Shown: positions 45,212 to 55,757, numbered from the stretch's first letter. The stretch: 64,000 nucleotides of DNA from Acidobacteriota bacterium (GCA_963663035.1 OY760074.1:704001-768000); one strand, 5' to 3'. Translations and numbers: made by a program. The notes: generated by a model from the sequence alone, not told the origin.

Positions 45212-47005
45212 TTATAGAAGCCAGCCAGGCAGAGTCATGGTCAAGGCCGGAACATAAGTGACTAAAGCGACGGCTGTGATTCGAATGGCCAGGAAAGGCA
45301 GCACCGCCCGGTAAACCTCCAGAAGGGGTCTCTTGAATCGATAAGAAGCCAAAAAGAGATTCATTCCAACCGGGGGCGTCAGAAATCCTAACTCCAGGTT
45401 GGTCAGGAAGATAATGCCCAGGTGAAAGGGGTCAATGCCATAGGACTGGGCCAGAGGCGCAATGAGAGGGATCACCACCACAATAGCCGAATACATATCC
45501 ATCAGGCACCCCACCAGCAGCAGAAACAGGTTCAACAGAAGTAAGAAGAACAGCGGTGATTGAACAAATGACTGGACCCACTCGGTAGCCTGGAGAGGAA
45601 TTTCCTGCATGACAAAGTAATTGGTGAGGCCGAGTGCAACGCCCAGAATGATCAACACCCCGCCAATCAGCGTGGCGGCGGCCCCCACCACGCGAGTCAG
45701 ATCGCGGCTAATCTTAAGGTTACCGCGTAGGACAAACTCCAGGAAAAAGGCATAGAGGACCGTGAGTGCAGACGCTTCCACCAGGGTGGCCAGACCACTA
45801 AAAAGGCTTCCCAGCACGACAACCGGTATGGCGACTTCCCATTTCGCTTCCCACAGGGCCAGACCTGCCTTGCGGACATCGAAAGGCACGCGAATGCTCC
45901 CTGAGCGCTTTGCATAAACGAGGGCAAAGCCGGCAACCAGGAGTATCTCGAGCAGGCCGGGCACGAACCCGCTGATAAAGAGTCTGACGATGTCAATCTC
46001 CGCCACGATTCCATAGAGGATGACCGCCAGGGAAGGCATAAAGAGCAGGCCCAGTGACCCCGAAGCAGTGAGGAGTCCGCTGGTGAATTTGTGCGAGTAG
46101 TTGTCTTCACGAAGCATGGGATAGAGCAAGCCTCCCATGGCCAAAACAGTGACCCCACTGCCTCCCGTGAAGCTGGTAAAGAACGCGCACACCACAATAG
46201 CCGCCACGGCCAAACCGCCCGGCATCCAGCCAAAGAGGGCCCGAAAAACCTTCACCAGGCGGTGTGGAGTGCCGCCTTCCGCCAGGATAAATCCTGCAAA
46301 GGTGAAGAGAGGGATGGTGGGAAGCATCGCCTTCAGGCTCAGGCCATAGGTTTCGAGCGCAATAGCAGCGACCGGCTCAAAGTTGTCCCACAGCAGAACT
46401 GCGGCAATTCCTCCCAGGACCACGAAAATGGGAGCGCCCAGAGCGATGGCTAGGATGAGAACGAGAAACAGGGGCAGCCAGATTCCGTGGCCAGGCAAGT
46501 CTTCAAAAGCCCACATCAGCATGGGAATGAAGACAAAGGAAGCGGTGATGGCGCGGCCCGACCATCCATAGGGGACTCTCCAGAGGATTCGAAGTCCAAT
46601 CACAGAGAATCCTACCGGCATGATGCTCTCAGCAACCCAGACCGGTAAACCCAGTGCCAGAAGAGTCCCTCCTTCTCGTTCGGCGATGACCAGTTGCAGG
46701 CTCCCATAAGCGAGTGCTAAACAGACCGCGACACCGACGCCCGCAGCAAGAATCTCGGCAGCTTTCTTTGCTTTGCCCCTCAGAAGTGAGGGGCCGACGG
46801 TCAAGGAGAGCAGCTCCCCTCTGCGCGCGGCCACTGCTGCACCCAGGAAGCCGATCCAAAGGGTCAGGTGTTGAACCCAAACCGCTGAGCCGGGAATCCC
46901 CAGGGAGAAGGCTTTTCGGAGCACGATCTCCAGCAGAGGCAAGGTCGCCATAGCCAGGAGAGCAAAAACGGAAAGACTATCTTCAATGAGGTGAAGGCGT
47001 CTCAT
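45212..47005 (-). CDS. TRAP transporter fused small/large permease (DctQM)
   Basis: DctQ-like N-terminal TMs, IPLF, SGSLGLLFMPS, LTPPVGMNLF. Confidence 0.92.
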   Translation of the reverse strand: MRRLHLIEDSLSVFALLAMATLPLLEIVLRKAFSLGIPGSAVWVQHLTLWIGFLGAAVAARRGELLSLTVGPSLLRGKAKKAAEILAAGVGVAVCLALAYGSLQLVIAEREGGTLLALGLPVWVAESIMPVGFSVIGLRILWRVPYGWSGRAITASFVFIPMLMWAFEDLPGHGIWLPLFLVLILAIALGAPIFVVLGGIAAVLLWDNFEPVAAIALETYGLSLKAMLPTIPLFTFAGFILAEGGTPHRLVKVFRALFGWMPGGLAVAAIVVCAFFTSFTGGSGVTVLAMGGLLYPMLREDNYSHKFTSGLLTASGSLGLLFMPSLAVILYGIVAEIDIVRLFISGFVPGLLEILLVAGFALVYAKRSGSIRVPFDVRKAGLALWEAKWEVAIPVVVLGSLFSGLATLVEASALTVLYAFFLEFVLRGNLKISRDLTRVVGAAATLIGGVLIILGVALGLTNYFVMQEIPLQATEWVQSFVQSPLFFLLLLNLFLLLVGCLMDMYSAIVVVIPLIAPLAQSYGIDPFHLGIIFLTNLELGFLTPPVGMNLFLASYRFKRPLLEVYRAVLPFLAIRITAVALVTYVPALTMTLPGWLL

Positions 47006-47021
47006 AAGAGTGGATGAGACA

Positions 47022-48050
47022 CTAGCGTCTGGACCGGTATTCTTCCAGCAGGCTTTGAACTCGGTCGAATATTTCCGGGGGAACCAGCCTTCCTCGGATC
47101 TCGGGATAGGCTGACCGGGCAGTTTGTCGCCATTCTTCCATGGCCTCCTCTGGGACCTCCCAAACTTTCAGCCCGCGGGTCTTCATGGCCTTTAAGGCGA
47201 GCTCTTCCTGCAGCCGAATCACTTGCTTGAGACCTGTTCCCGCCTCTCTGGCCAGGAGCATCACCTGTTCCTGCTGTTCCGGGGAGAGGCGATTCCATGT
47301 TCTCTCATCCATCAAAATCGCGCCCTGCAGAGGAGCCCATTTCATATCGGTCATGTTCCCTGCATATCGGTAGAACTGAGAGAGGTTGGCCAAAATGGTG
47401 GGTAAAGAAACCGCTTCAATAAGCCCTGTCTGAAGTCCCGAGATAGTGTCCACTGTAGTGATGGGAACGGGCCGAAAGCCTGCCCACTTCATGATGTCGA
47501 CAGCCACCGTATCGGAGGCCGAGGCCGCTAACCTCAGCTGTTTCATCTGGCTGGGACGGGTTACGGGTTCCTTACTGAAAAAATAGACCCAACCGGCATC
47601 GGACCAGGCCAGTACGATGAAGCCCTTATCCTTCAATCTGGCTTCCAGCTCAACGTTTATGACCGTTCGCACGTAATCCCACTCTTCATAGCTTTCGAAC
47701 ATCAAGGGGAGCATCAAAGCGAAGGCTGCCCGGTCGATGACTGTCAGGCCGGCGTTGGAGATGGCTGCTGCCTGGAGTTGCCCGATCCGCATTTTCCGGA
47801 TCAGCGCTCCCTCGTCGCCGGCGCCGCCGCCGGCAAAAATCTGCAGCCTGACTTCTCCATCAGTGGCACTGCTCCAGTCAGACCCCATTTTTTGGAGAAT
47901 CTTATGCCAGGCGGAGCCAGTGGGAACCATAGTGCCCATTCTGATCTGTACTCGGCCTTGCAGAAAGGAGCTCATCGCAACGAACAGGCAAAGTGCAGAC
48001 AGAACTCGCAGAGACTTAATGGTCATTTCCTCACTCCAAGAAAAAATCAT
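47022..48050 (-). CDS. TRAP substrate-binding protein DctP (TatP-type)
   Basis: MGTMVPTGSAW, GDEGALIRKMRIGQLQAA. Confidence 0.9.
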   Translation of the reverse strand: MIFSWSEEMTIKSLRVLSALCLFVAMSSFLQGRVQIRMGTMVPTGSAWHKILQKMGSDWSSATDGEVRLQIFAGGGAGDEGALIRKMRIGQLQAAAISNAGLTVIDRAAFALMLPLMFESYEEWDYVRTVINVELEARLKDKGFIVLAWSDAGWVYFFSKEPVTRPSQMKQLRLAASASDTVAVDIMKWAGFRPVPITTVDTISGLQTGLIEAVSLPTILANLSQFYRYAGNMTDMKWAPLQGAILMDERTWNRLSPEQQEQVMLLAREAGTGLKQVIRLQEELALKAMKTRGLKVWEVPEEAMEEWRQTARSAYPEIRGRLVPPEIFDRVQSLLEEYRSRR

Positions 48051-48939
48051 CGATTTGCTGCATCAACAAGCGTGCTCTCCGCTGGGCTAAGATGTTGAGC
48101 AGCCGGTTTTCTGGATAAGAGCTTACATCAAATGAGAGAATTCTCTCCATTAGATTTTCAAATTCTTGACGGTTTTGCTGGGGAACGGAAACACTTTCAG
48201 CCCACGTCAACCAGGTTGAGCATTTACTTTCCCCGGAGAGCTCCTGGGCCCGCCGGTAATATTCCCGGGCCTTCTCGAGCGAGCCGCCAACGCGCGACAT
48301 TTCATAGCTGATCAGAAGCTCATAAATGGTCCCCTCCTGGAAATCTTCCTCCAGTTCGAGAGCGCGGTGGAGGAGGGCTCCTACCACGCCGAGGTCCGCG
48401 GTCAACTCCGGATTGTCCACTGAAACACCAATTGCCGCACCCAGAGCAGCGGCCGACCAGACAGCCAGGGGGACATCTTCGAGCTCCAGCAGAGCAGCCG
48501 TCTTTTCGGGTTCTCGACGCACCAGCTCAGCGAAGCCGGGATGCTCCACTTCCAAGCCCCGAAATCCATAGCGGAAGGCCCGACTGTAAAGGCGGGAGGC
48601 CCGGTCCCGAATCTGTTCGGCCCCATCAAAGTCTTGCTCCTCGATGGCCTGGGCCTCGGGCTCAACGAAACCGTATGCGTAAAATGTAAAGCCGGTCGTC
48701 GCAGAGAGAAGAAGACCACGATGTTCGGGACTCGATTCCAGGAGTGTCTCAATGATCTTGAGATTGAAGGGCAAAGCGGCAGCAATCAACTCCGGGTCCT
48801 CATCAGAAAGATAGGATTTCTCTGACTCAGCGAGCACTTCATAGAGGGTACTGACAGCCTTTTGTTTCAGGGAGCATGAGGAATTCAGTAAGAGCAGGAC
48901 CAGTACAACTCTCACCCACATGTGATGCCGAAAGGTCAT
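48031..48939 (-). CDS. TRAP transporter TatT component (TPAT lipoprotein)
   Basis: Lipobox LNSSC, DEDPELIAAALPFNLKIIETLL, all-helical, upstream of P and QM genes. Confidence 0.85.
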   Translation of the reverse strand: MTFRHHMWVRVVLVLLLLNSSCSLKQKAVSTLYEVLAESEKSYLSDEDPELIAAALPFNLKIIETLLESSPEHRGLLLSATTGFTFYAYGFVEPEAQAIEEQDFDGAEQIRDRASRLYSRAFRYGFRGLEVEHPGFAELVRREPEKTAALLELEDVPLAVWSAAALGAAIGVSVDNPELTADLGVVGALLHRALELEEDFQEGTIYELLISYEMSRVGGSLEKAREYYRRAQELSGESKCSTWLTWAESVSVPQQNRQEFENLMERILSFDVSSYPENRLLNILAQRRARLLMQQIDDFFLE

Positions 48940-48960
48940 GGATCAGACACCTTGCCCTCT

Positions 48961-48986
48961 AGCCGGGATTATGCATAACCCCGGCT
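48961..48986. repeat. Collapsed remnant of the type A palindromic element (ends only)
   Basis: AGCCGGGATTATGCATAACCCCGGCT resembles fused type A termini. Confidence 0.6.
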
Positions 48987-49177
48987 GTAGGATGACTCCT
49001 GCCAATATAGCGCAACTGACTCAAGAGAGCTATCTCTCCGGGGTTGCCAGTCCTGCCGAGTTGATCGTCTCAGAGTGCCATTTTTGCACTCGCGTGACTC
49101 CCATCACAGCCTTTGTTCCTGCTGACTTGGTACTCTATTGCTTGCCCATGTTTGCATGGTGCTACGTTAACCTCCCA

Positions 49178-49217
49178 GGGCCTGTAGGTTGGACTGTAGT
49201 CCACGGCCTGCAGGCCC
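49178..49217. repeat. GC-rich nested hairpin (REP-like or terminator) downstream of the methyltransferase
   Basis: GGGCCTGTAGG...TGGACTGTAGTCCA...CCTGCAGGCCC. Confidence 0.5.
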
Positions 49218-49232
49218 GCCTCCCCGAACCCA

Positions 49233-50270
49233 TCACTTACCACTGATAAGAACCTGTTGCGGTGACCGGGGGATGGGATGAAGTTCTGTCTGGGCAAAGC
49301 CTGCTCGACGGAACATCTCTTCATATTGTTTGAAGGTATAAGCGTCCCCTGAAGGGGTCGAGACCAACATGGTGAGGCTGAATGCTGCCGTAACGGGAGG
49401 GGAGATCCGATCCTCATTGGGAACGTATTCCAGGGTCACGGCCCGGCCTTTTTCTCCCAGTGCCTTGTGAACCTTGCCCATCAAAAGGACGCAGGTGTCC
49501 TCATCAAAGTGGTGAAAGAAGTTGGTAATGAGTATCAGATCGTATTCTTCCCCAAAGTCAGTCTCGAAAGCGTTTCCCGGAAGCAGACGGTATCGATCTG
49601 CGACTCCTGCCCGGTGGGCGTTCTCCTGGGCGACGGCAAGGACGCTTGACCAGTCCAGTGCCACGACCGTGGCATTGGGGTTGTGCCGGGCGATGGTCGT
49701 GCCAAACATGCCATGCCCGGCTGCCAGGTCGAGGATCTTCCAGGTCGCTCCGCTGCTGGCTCCCACCAACTGGGCGATGAACTCCGCTGGAGGAACCATG
49801 AGGGGACTCATGCCACGGGCAAAGTCAACCCACAGTGGATTATCTTCAATCACCATTCCCTTGCTACTGCCCACAGTGCCGCCCTTGCGAACCGCCTCCG
49901 CAACATCTGAGAAGAATGACATGAGCTTGGATGATGTGAGAAAGCGGCTCGCCATTCCCAGGTAGTCAGGGGAACGGCTGCTGAGGAAAGCCGCTGACTC
50001 GCGGGTGAGAGCATAGCTGGCCTCCTCCTTGGTGAGAAATCCAGTGATCACCAGGAAGTCACACAAAATGCGGATCCCTCGTTGGGAAGCGCGGCAGTGA
50101 CTGGCCAGCGAACTGACCGTATCGTGCCCTTCGTCGATAGCCGTGAAGAGGTCCAGTTCAATGGCCCCCTTTAACGCCTGTGTCTGCTGATAGGAGCGGA
50201 AGGCATCAAATGTCTTTTCAGGTAACAGGGGATGCTCTGCTGTGCTCATGTGCTCTCCTCTCGGTGCCAT
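49233..50270 (-). CDS. SAM-dependent O-methyltransferase with dimerisation domain
   Basis: AIELDLF HTH dimerisation domain, ILDLAAGHG, YDLILITNFFHHF. Confidence 0.9.
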   Translation of the reverse strand: MAPRGEHMSTAEHPLLPEKTFDAFRSYQQTQALKGAIELDLFTAIDEGHDTVSSLASHCRASQRGIRILCDFLVITGFLTKEEASYALTRESAAFLSSRSPDYLGMASRFLTSSKLMSFFSDVAEAVRKGGTVGSSKGMVIEDNPLWVDFARGMSPLMVPPAEFIAQLVGASSGATWKILDLAAGHGMFGTTIARHNPNATVVALDWSSVLAVAQENAHRAGVADRYRLLPGNAFETDFGEEYDLILITNFFHHFDEDTCVLLMGKVHKALGEKGRAVTLEYVPNEDRISPPVTAAFSLTMLVSTPSGDAYTFKQYEEMFRRAGFAQTELHPIPRSPQQVLISGK

Positions 50271-50454
50271 GGACGGAAGTCAGGGAATAGACCTGGCCAG
50301 GACCGCAATGGTATCTTCGATAGCGCAAATCAAATCCCATGAACCAATCGCCACCATCTCACGTATAGATCTCTGGTGACTCATCCATACAGATCAATGA
50401 AGGTCATTTCGTCCGGTGAATGAAGCCGGATTTTCTTTTAAAGTAGGGAGGAAG

Positions 50455-52077
50455 ATGATGAAAGTCAAACCTATCGTTGCAGCAGCCGTTCTCTTGGCTT
50501 GTCTCCCGTTCTCATCCCCGGGATGGGCGCAGGATTTGGCTATTCCGGAATCGTATGTCACTCGCATGCGTAGGCAGGAGACTGTCCTGGAAATGAGCTT
50601 GAGAGAGGCAATCCGTCTGGCCCTGGCCAATAACCTGGAAATCGCTATTGAGAACTACAACGAAGATCTGAACCAGGAACAGATCATCAAGACACGTGGC
50701 TTCTACGATCCGACTCTCAATCTTTCAGTGGGTTGGACCTCTTCGGAAAGCCCGACCACCAGTAGTTTGCAGGCGGGTGGAGGAATTACCGTCAACAATA
50801 CCGAGCGCTTTTCTTTCGATAGCCGGCTCGGGAAGAATCTTGCGGGAGGAGGAGCCCTGGATCTCACCTTCAACAACAACCGAAACGACAGCAACAGCGG
50901 TTTTTCAATCATCAACCCGCGCTTTGGCTCCACCTTCAACGTGGCTTTTACTCAGCCTCTGATGCGCGGTTTCAGGACGACCAACACCAGACGGCAGATC
51001 CAGCTCTTCAATCTGGACAGCGAAATTACCGAGACGCAATTCAAGCAGCAAGTGGCTGAAATCGTACAGCAGGTCCAGAATCAGTACTGGGAACTGGTTT
51101 ATTCCGTAGAGAGCAATGAGACCCAGCGCCGGTCAGTGGAATTGGCAACCATACAGTACGAGGACAACCGCAAGCGAGTTGAGATTGGGGTCATGGCACC
51201 CATTGAGATCACCTCCTCTCGGGCGGAGATAGCCCGCCGTGAACTGGAAATGATCCAGTCCGAGGTTCAGATCATTAATGCCCAGAACGCTCTCAAGCGA
51301 CTTTTGGCACCTGATCCCGGAGCCAGTATCTGGAATGTTTCGGTGATACCCACCGACCAACCCCAAGTGGAGGATGTGCAGATTTCGCTGCAGGAGTCCA
51401 TCCGAACAGCCCTTGAAGCGAGACCTGAGTTGGAGCAGATTGAACTTCAAATGGAGAAAAACGAGATCGACCGGAGCTACTACCAAAAGGATGGAAGGCC
51501 CAGCCTGAACCTGAGGACAAATTTCGGTTCAACCGGGGCCTCTGGAGAAGTCTTCATAGACACCGATGGCGATAGAATTCCGGATACGCCCGCAGTGGAT
51601 GATCCCCGTTTTGGAAATTTCACCAAGAGCTGGACACAGGTTTTTGGCTTTGATTTCATAAACTGGGGAGTGTTCCTGGATCTCGAGATTCCGCTTCGCA
51701 ACCGGTCAAATGAAGCGGATTTAGCCACGGTCATGATCCGTGAACGACAGTTCCTGAGCAGGCTCAAGAACCAGGAGCAAATGATTATTGTAGAAGTCCG
51801 CAATGCATTTGAGAGCATTGCCACTCGCAAAAAAGGTTTAGAGACAGCTGGGGTGGCAAGCCAACTTTCCAGCGAGCAGTTAGACGGGGAAACCAAACGC
51901 TTTGAGGCGGGCCTGTCCACCAACTTCGAGGTCCTGCGCTTTCAGCGGGACCTGGCCGAAAGCCAGGTGAGCGAACTGAGAGCGATGGTGGATTACCAGC
52001 TGGCGGTGATCGCCCTGCGAAAGGCCCTGTTCACCATCGTTGGAGAAAGTGACATCATTCTGGCCAAGGCGCAGTGA
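50455..52077 (+). CDS. TolC-family outer membrane factor
   Basis: SLREAIRLALANN, two OEP repeats, RFEAGLST; start probably ATG 50455. Confidence 0.9.
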   Translation: MMKVKPIVAAAVLLACLPFSSPGWAQDLAIPESYVTRMRRQETVLEMSLREAIRLALANNLEIAIENYNEDLNQEQIIKTRGFYDPTLNLSVGWTSSESPTTSSLQAGGGITVNNTERFSFDSRLGKNLAGGGALDLTFNNNRNDSNSGFSIINPRFGSTFNVAFTQPLMRGFRTTNTRRQIQLFNLDSEITETQFKQQVAEIVQQVQNQYWELVYSVESNETQRRSVELATIQYEDNRKRVEIGVMAPIEITSSRAEIARRELEMIQSEVQIINAQNALKRLLAPDPGASIWNVSVIPTDQPQVEDVQISLQESIRTALEARPELEQIELQMEKNEIDRSYYQKDGRPSLNLRTNFGSTGASGEVFIDTDGDRIPDTPAVDDPRFGNFTKSWTQVFGFDFINWGVFLDLEIPLRNRSNEADLATVMIRERQFLSRLKNQEQMIIVEVRNAFESIATRKKGLETAGVASQLSSEQLDGETKRFEAGLSTNFEVLRFQRDLAESQVSELRAMVDYQLAVIALRKALFTIVGESDIILAKAQ

Positions 52078-52178
52078 CTACTGAGGTTGACACTGGGTGC
52101 GGGAATCCGACTCTCGCCAGCCTGAGGCTCCTCCCCAGAAAGTCAGCATAAATAACTGTTCATAAAGTAGTTATCTCA

Positions 52179-52984
52179 ATGCGGTTAAGTTCCTTTGGCA
52201 CCAGTTCTAAGTACTGGCATCTGTCGTGCTCTGCTGATAATATCTTGAACTTGAGTCGCTCAGCAGAAGTCATATCCAGAAAAGACCTTCCTGCCTCATT
52301 CATCCTCATTCTGTTCCTCACCGGTTTTGGCCTGAGCAGCCATATGGCTGCTCAGGAGAAGGAAACACTGCCGGAAAGTCCCGCAACCACTTCAGACCAG
52401 CCGCAGTCGGATCAGGAGGAAAAGAGCGGGATCAGCTTCAAGAGTTTCCACCGGGATCTGGGAAACAACTTCTTGGGTTTGTTTTCTCGGGAGAGTGTGT
52501 TGCCCTTCTCGGCTGGTGTCCTGGGTACAGGAGTCAGCCTTGAGCTGGACGATAACCTCCACGACTATTTTCGAAACGTTGATAATTTGGGTCAAGAGCA
52601 AAGAAGGTTTCCCGCGGTTGGCAATGTGGGAGAGGTACTCGGCAACCGATGGTTCTTATTGGCTGGTACAGGGAGTCTCCTCCTGGCCGCTCACTCCACT
52701 TCGAATGACCGCTTTCAAGACATGACCTATGCCTGGACACAGGGCTACGTCCTCAACAACCTTCTGAGTGAGGCTCTCAAACAGGGGGTGAGACGGGAAA
52801 GGCCCAATGGCCAGAACACCCGGTCTTTTTCATCCGGGCATGCCGCCAACGCCTTTACCTTTGCCACCATCATCAACCATTACTATGGCTCCAAGGCGGG
52901 TATACCTGCTTACGGTATCGCGGGACTTGTTGCCGTCTCCCGAATGGAGAAGAACGTACACTACTTGAGCGATGTCGTCATGGG
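52179..52984 (+). pseudogene. PAP2-family phosphatase, C-terminally truncated by IS3 copy 2
   Basis: KxxxxxxRP, SSGH and SRxxxxxHxxxD motifs, then abrupt entry into the IS at 52985 (read-through to 53078). Confidence 0.82.
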
Positions 52985-53013
52985 TGACCTGCCCCCACGA
53001 ACGAGTCCACCCT

Positions 53014-53919
53014 CTATGCTAGACCCGGGACCATTTGAAGTCCACTCCAAGGGATTGGATCCAGTGCCTGCGACCTAGGTAGTTTGGCCTCTGGCGCCGG
53101 CGGCCGATAGGCCAAGGCGCTGTGAGGCCGGATCTGATTGTAATCCCTCCGCCAGCGTTCTACCAACACCTTGGCTTCCCCCAGCGTGTCGAAGATCTCC
53201 ATGTTCAGCAGCTCATCCCGTAGTTTCCCGTTGAAACTCTCAATGTACCCATTCTCCCAGGGGCTGCCCGGCTCGATGTACAAGGTCCTTACCCCAACAG
53301 CCTGCAGCCAGTCCCGGACCGCCTGTGCCGTAAACTCCGATCCGTTATCGGACCGGATAAACTCAGGCACTCCCCGATCAACGAATAACTCCGCCGGCCG
53401 GTCCAACACGTCTTGGTGATTCATCTGCCGTTTCACATCAATGGCGAGGCACTCTCTGGTGTACTCATCCAGGATCGTCAATAGCCGAAAGGCTCGCCCA
53501 TCATGGGTCCGTTCATGCACGAAATCATAGCTCCAGACGTGGTTCTTGCGAGCCGCTCGTAACCGAACACAGGAACCGTCATTAAGCCACAGCCTCCTTC
53601 GTTTCGGCTGTCTGGACGGGACTTTCAGCCCTTCTTGTCTCCACAGCCTCTCCACCCGCTTAGGATTCACCTTCCACCCTTCCCCATGAAGTATCGCCGT
53701 GACCCGCCGGTAGCCATAACGCCCGTATTGCGTAGCCAACTCCACCATCCGGGCCACCAATCGGGCCTCATCATCGGGAATTTGCCTTTCCCTTCGCTGG
53801 GTCGATCGAACCTGTCCCAGCACTTGGCAGGCCCGACGTTCGGAGACTCGCTCTGCTCCTAATCGCTCTCGTACCCACATCACCGCTCGTCTCCTGTTCG
53901 CCGGGCCTAGAAGTTTCCC
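53014..53919 (-). CDS. IS3 transposase OrfB
   Basis: As copy 1. Confidence 0.9.
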   Translation of the reverse strand, partial: GKLLGPANRRRAVMWVRERLGAERVSERRACQVLGQVRSTQRRERQIPDDEARLVARMVELATQYGRYGYRRVTAILHGEGWKVNPKRVERLWRQEGLKVPSRQPKRRRLWLNDGSCVRLRAARKNHVWSYDFVHERTHDGRAFRLLTILDEYTRECLAIDVKRQMNHQDVLDRPAELFVDRGVPEFIRSDNGSEFTAQAVRDWLQAVGVRTLYIEPGSPWENGYIESFNGKLRDELLNMEIFDTLGEAKVLVERWRRDYNQIRPHSALAYRPPAPEAKLPRSQALDPIPWSGLQMVPGLA

Positions 53920-54185
53920 GAGGACACTTCCTTCAGGATCTGCTTGTCCAAAGACAGATCCGCCACCAGCTTCTTCAACCGGGTATTCTCCTTCTCCAAC
54001 ACCTTCAACCTCTTGGCCTGGTCCAACCGGAGCCCTCCGTACTCTTTGCGCCACCGGTAGTAGGTCTGCTCGCTCACCCCCATCTGCTTCGACACCTGTC
54101 CCACCCTCTGTCCTTGGGCCAGACCCACCTCTGCCTCACGCAGCTTCATGATGATCTGTTCTGCCCTAAACCGCTTCCCTGCCAT
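53907..54185 (-). CDS. IS3 transposase OrfA
   Basis: As copy 1. Confidence 0.9.
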   Translation of the reverse strand: MAGKRFRAEQIIMKLREAEVGLAQGQRVGQVSKQMGVSEQTYYRWRKEYGGLRLDQAKRLKVLEKENTRLKKLVADLSLDKQILKEVSSGNF

Positions 54186-54248
54186 CCTTGCCTCCTTCCT
54201 AAACCGGAAATCCTAACATTCAAACTGGACTCGTTTTAGGGGGCAAGG

Positions 54249-55547
54249 TCAGTTCTCCATCGGCAGGACCAGGGGCGGCTCGCGATGGAAGCTGAGCTTC
54301 TCCATGCGGGCCAGCGCAGCGCTGATGGCCGTCTCCGTCGTTGGCTTCACGGAGATGACGAACGCCAGATTGTCTGCGTCCTGATTGGGCTCCTCGAAGA
54401 CCGCGTCGATGTTGATCTTCTCGTCGGCAATGATGTCGGCGAGCCTGGCGATGATGCCCACCTCGTCCCTCACCAGGAAGCGCACGAAGTAGGGTCTCTG
54501 GCCAGCTTCGATGCCAACTTTGGTGATCTCCTGCGGGGCCCAGTAGCCGAATGCGGGCGCTCGCAGCGAGCTATCGTGGCGAAGGTCGCGCGCGGCGCTC
54601 ATGATGTCGCTGACGACGGCCACGCCGGTGGGCGTGCCTGCGCCGCGGCCGCAGTAGAGCGTGTCCTCGCCGTACTTGCCCTTCACCCAGATTGCGTTGT
54701 AGGAGCCTTGCACCTTGGCAAGCATCGCCGTCTGCGGGACGAGCACGGGGCGCACGAAGAGTGAAAGGCCGTCCCCATAGCGCACGCCCGCGGCGAGCAG
54801 CCGGATCGTGTAGCCGAGCCGATGCGCGTAAGCGAAGTCGGTGGGCGTAATCCTGGTTATGCCCTGGCGGAAGATGGCGTCAGGGGCTACGCGCGCGCCG
54901 AAGCAGAAGTTGGCGATGATGGAGAGCTTCGACCGGGCGTCGTAGCCTTCCACGTCCGCCTCGGGATTGGCCTCGGCGTAGCCGCGCAGCTGAGCTTCGC
55001 TGAGAATGTCGGCGAATGGTGCGCCGGTCTTCTCAATCTCGGTGAGGATGAAGTTGCAGGTGCCGTTGAGGATGCCGTAGATGGCTTCGAGACGATCCGC
55101 CGCGATACCCTCGCGCAGCGCGTTCAGGATGGGGATGCCGCCACCAGCGCTGGCTTCCAGATGTAGCGAAGTCTTGTTGTCGCGCGCCAACTGCGCCAGC
55201 TCCGCGCCACGCAGGCCGAGCAGTTCCTTGTTCGCCGTAACCACCGGGCGGCCGAGCGCAAGCGCAGTTGTCTGCACTTCGTAGGCGATTGTGGTGCCGC
55301 CGACCACCTCGACGACAATGTCCGCCTCCGGGTGCTCGACAGCCTCGCGCCAGTCGCGCGTCAGCAAACGCCTGCCCGTGGGCGCATCTACCTCCTTGCG
55401 CTTCTCAACTTCGAGACTTGCAGCGGCGCGGATATGCAGCTTGAAGCCCAGCTTGCGCTCCAGCTCGGCCGCGTTCTCATCGAGTATGCGGATGGCCGCG
55501 CCACCCACTGTGCCCATTCCCACAATCGCAATGTTCATTATCGTCAT
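54249..55547 (-). CDS. hom: Homoserine dehydrogenase with ACT domain
   Basis: GMGTVG, VVTANK, EASAGGGIP, GILNGTCNFIL, GYAEANP, C-terminal ACT; stop codon supplied by the IS end. Confidence 0.93.
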   Translation of the reverse strand: MTIMNIAIVGMGTVGGAAIRILDENAAELERKLGFKLHIRAAASLEVEKRKEVDAPTGRRLLTRDWREAVEHPEADIVVEVVGGTTIAYEVQTTALALGRPVVTANKELLGLRGAELAQLARDNKTSLHLEASAGGGIPILNALREGIAADRLEAIYGILNGTCNFILTEIEKTGAPFADILSEAQLRGYAEANPEADVEGYDARSKLSIIANFCFGARVAPDAIFRQGITRITPTDFAYAHRLGYTIRLLAAGVRYGDGLSLFVRPVLVPQTAMLAKVQGSYNAIWVKGKYGEDTLYCGRGAGTPTGVAVVSDIMSAARDLRHDSSLRAPAFGYWAPQEITKVGIEAGQRPYFVRFLVRDEVGIIARLADIIADEKINIDAVFEEPNQDADNLAFVISVKPTTETAISAALARMEKLSFHREPPLVLPMEN

Positions 55548-55757
55548 TCGGATTCAAAGTAAGCAAAGCACCTTTAAGGGGGAGGTAGGGTCTTGAGTTG
55601 AGTCACAAGAGCCCTTTCCCGCGAGATATCCGCAATTTGTCCCTCAACGGAGTGTCCTCTCCAGCATAGGCTACAAGGGATGGACACTTCCTGGCGTTGG
55701 TAACCACGACGTTCTTGGCTCATTTAGGGGCTCTAATATATCCGATCAGTATTCCTA

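Larger units (their letters stand above)
52985..54251 (-). mobile_element. IS3-family insertion sequence, copy 2, 1267 bp, no target duplication
   Basis: Same ends as copy 1; one difference noticed (53396 G vs 37591 A, L to P in OrfB); flanks TGGG and GTTC. Confidence 0.95.

Noticed and set aside
49070-49180. CDGSH peptide in the minus-strand ORF 49070-49417
   Set aside because: The upstream CxC..S...P part of the CDGSH iron-sulfur motif is missing and the ORF overlaps the methyltransferase; probably chance
52219-52235. Possible sigma54 promoter TGGCAT-N5-GTGC
   Set aside because: Imperfect -12 element and uncertain PAP2 start; not supportable
37180-54251. Composite transposon bounded by the two direct IS3 copies
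   Set aside because: Copy 1 has its own GTCG duplication inside a single restorable gene, and the outer flanks (GTCG vs GTTC) do not match
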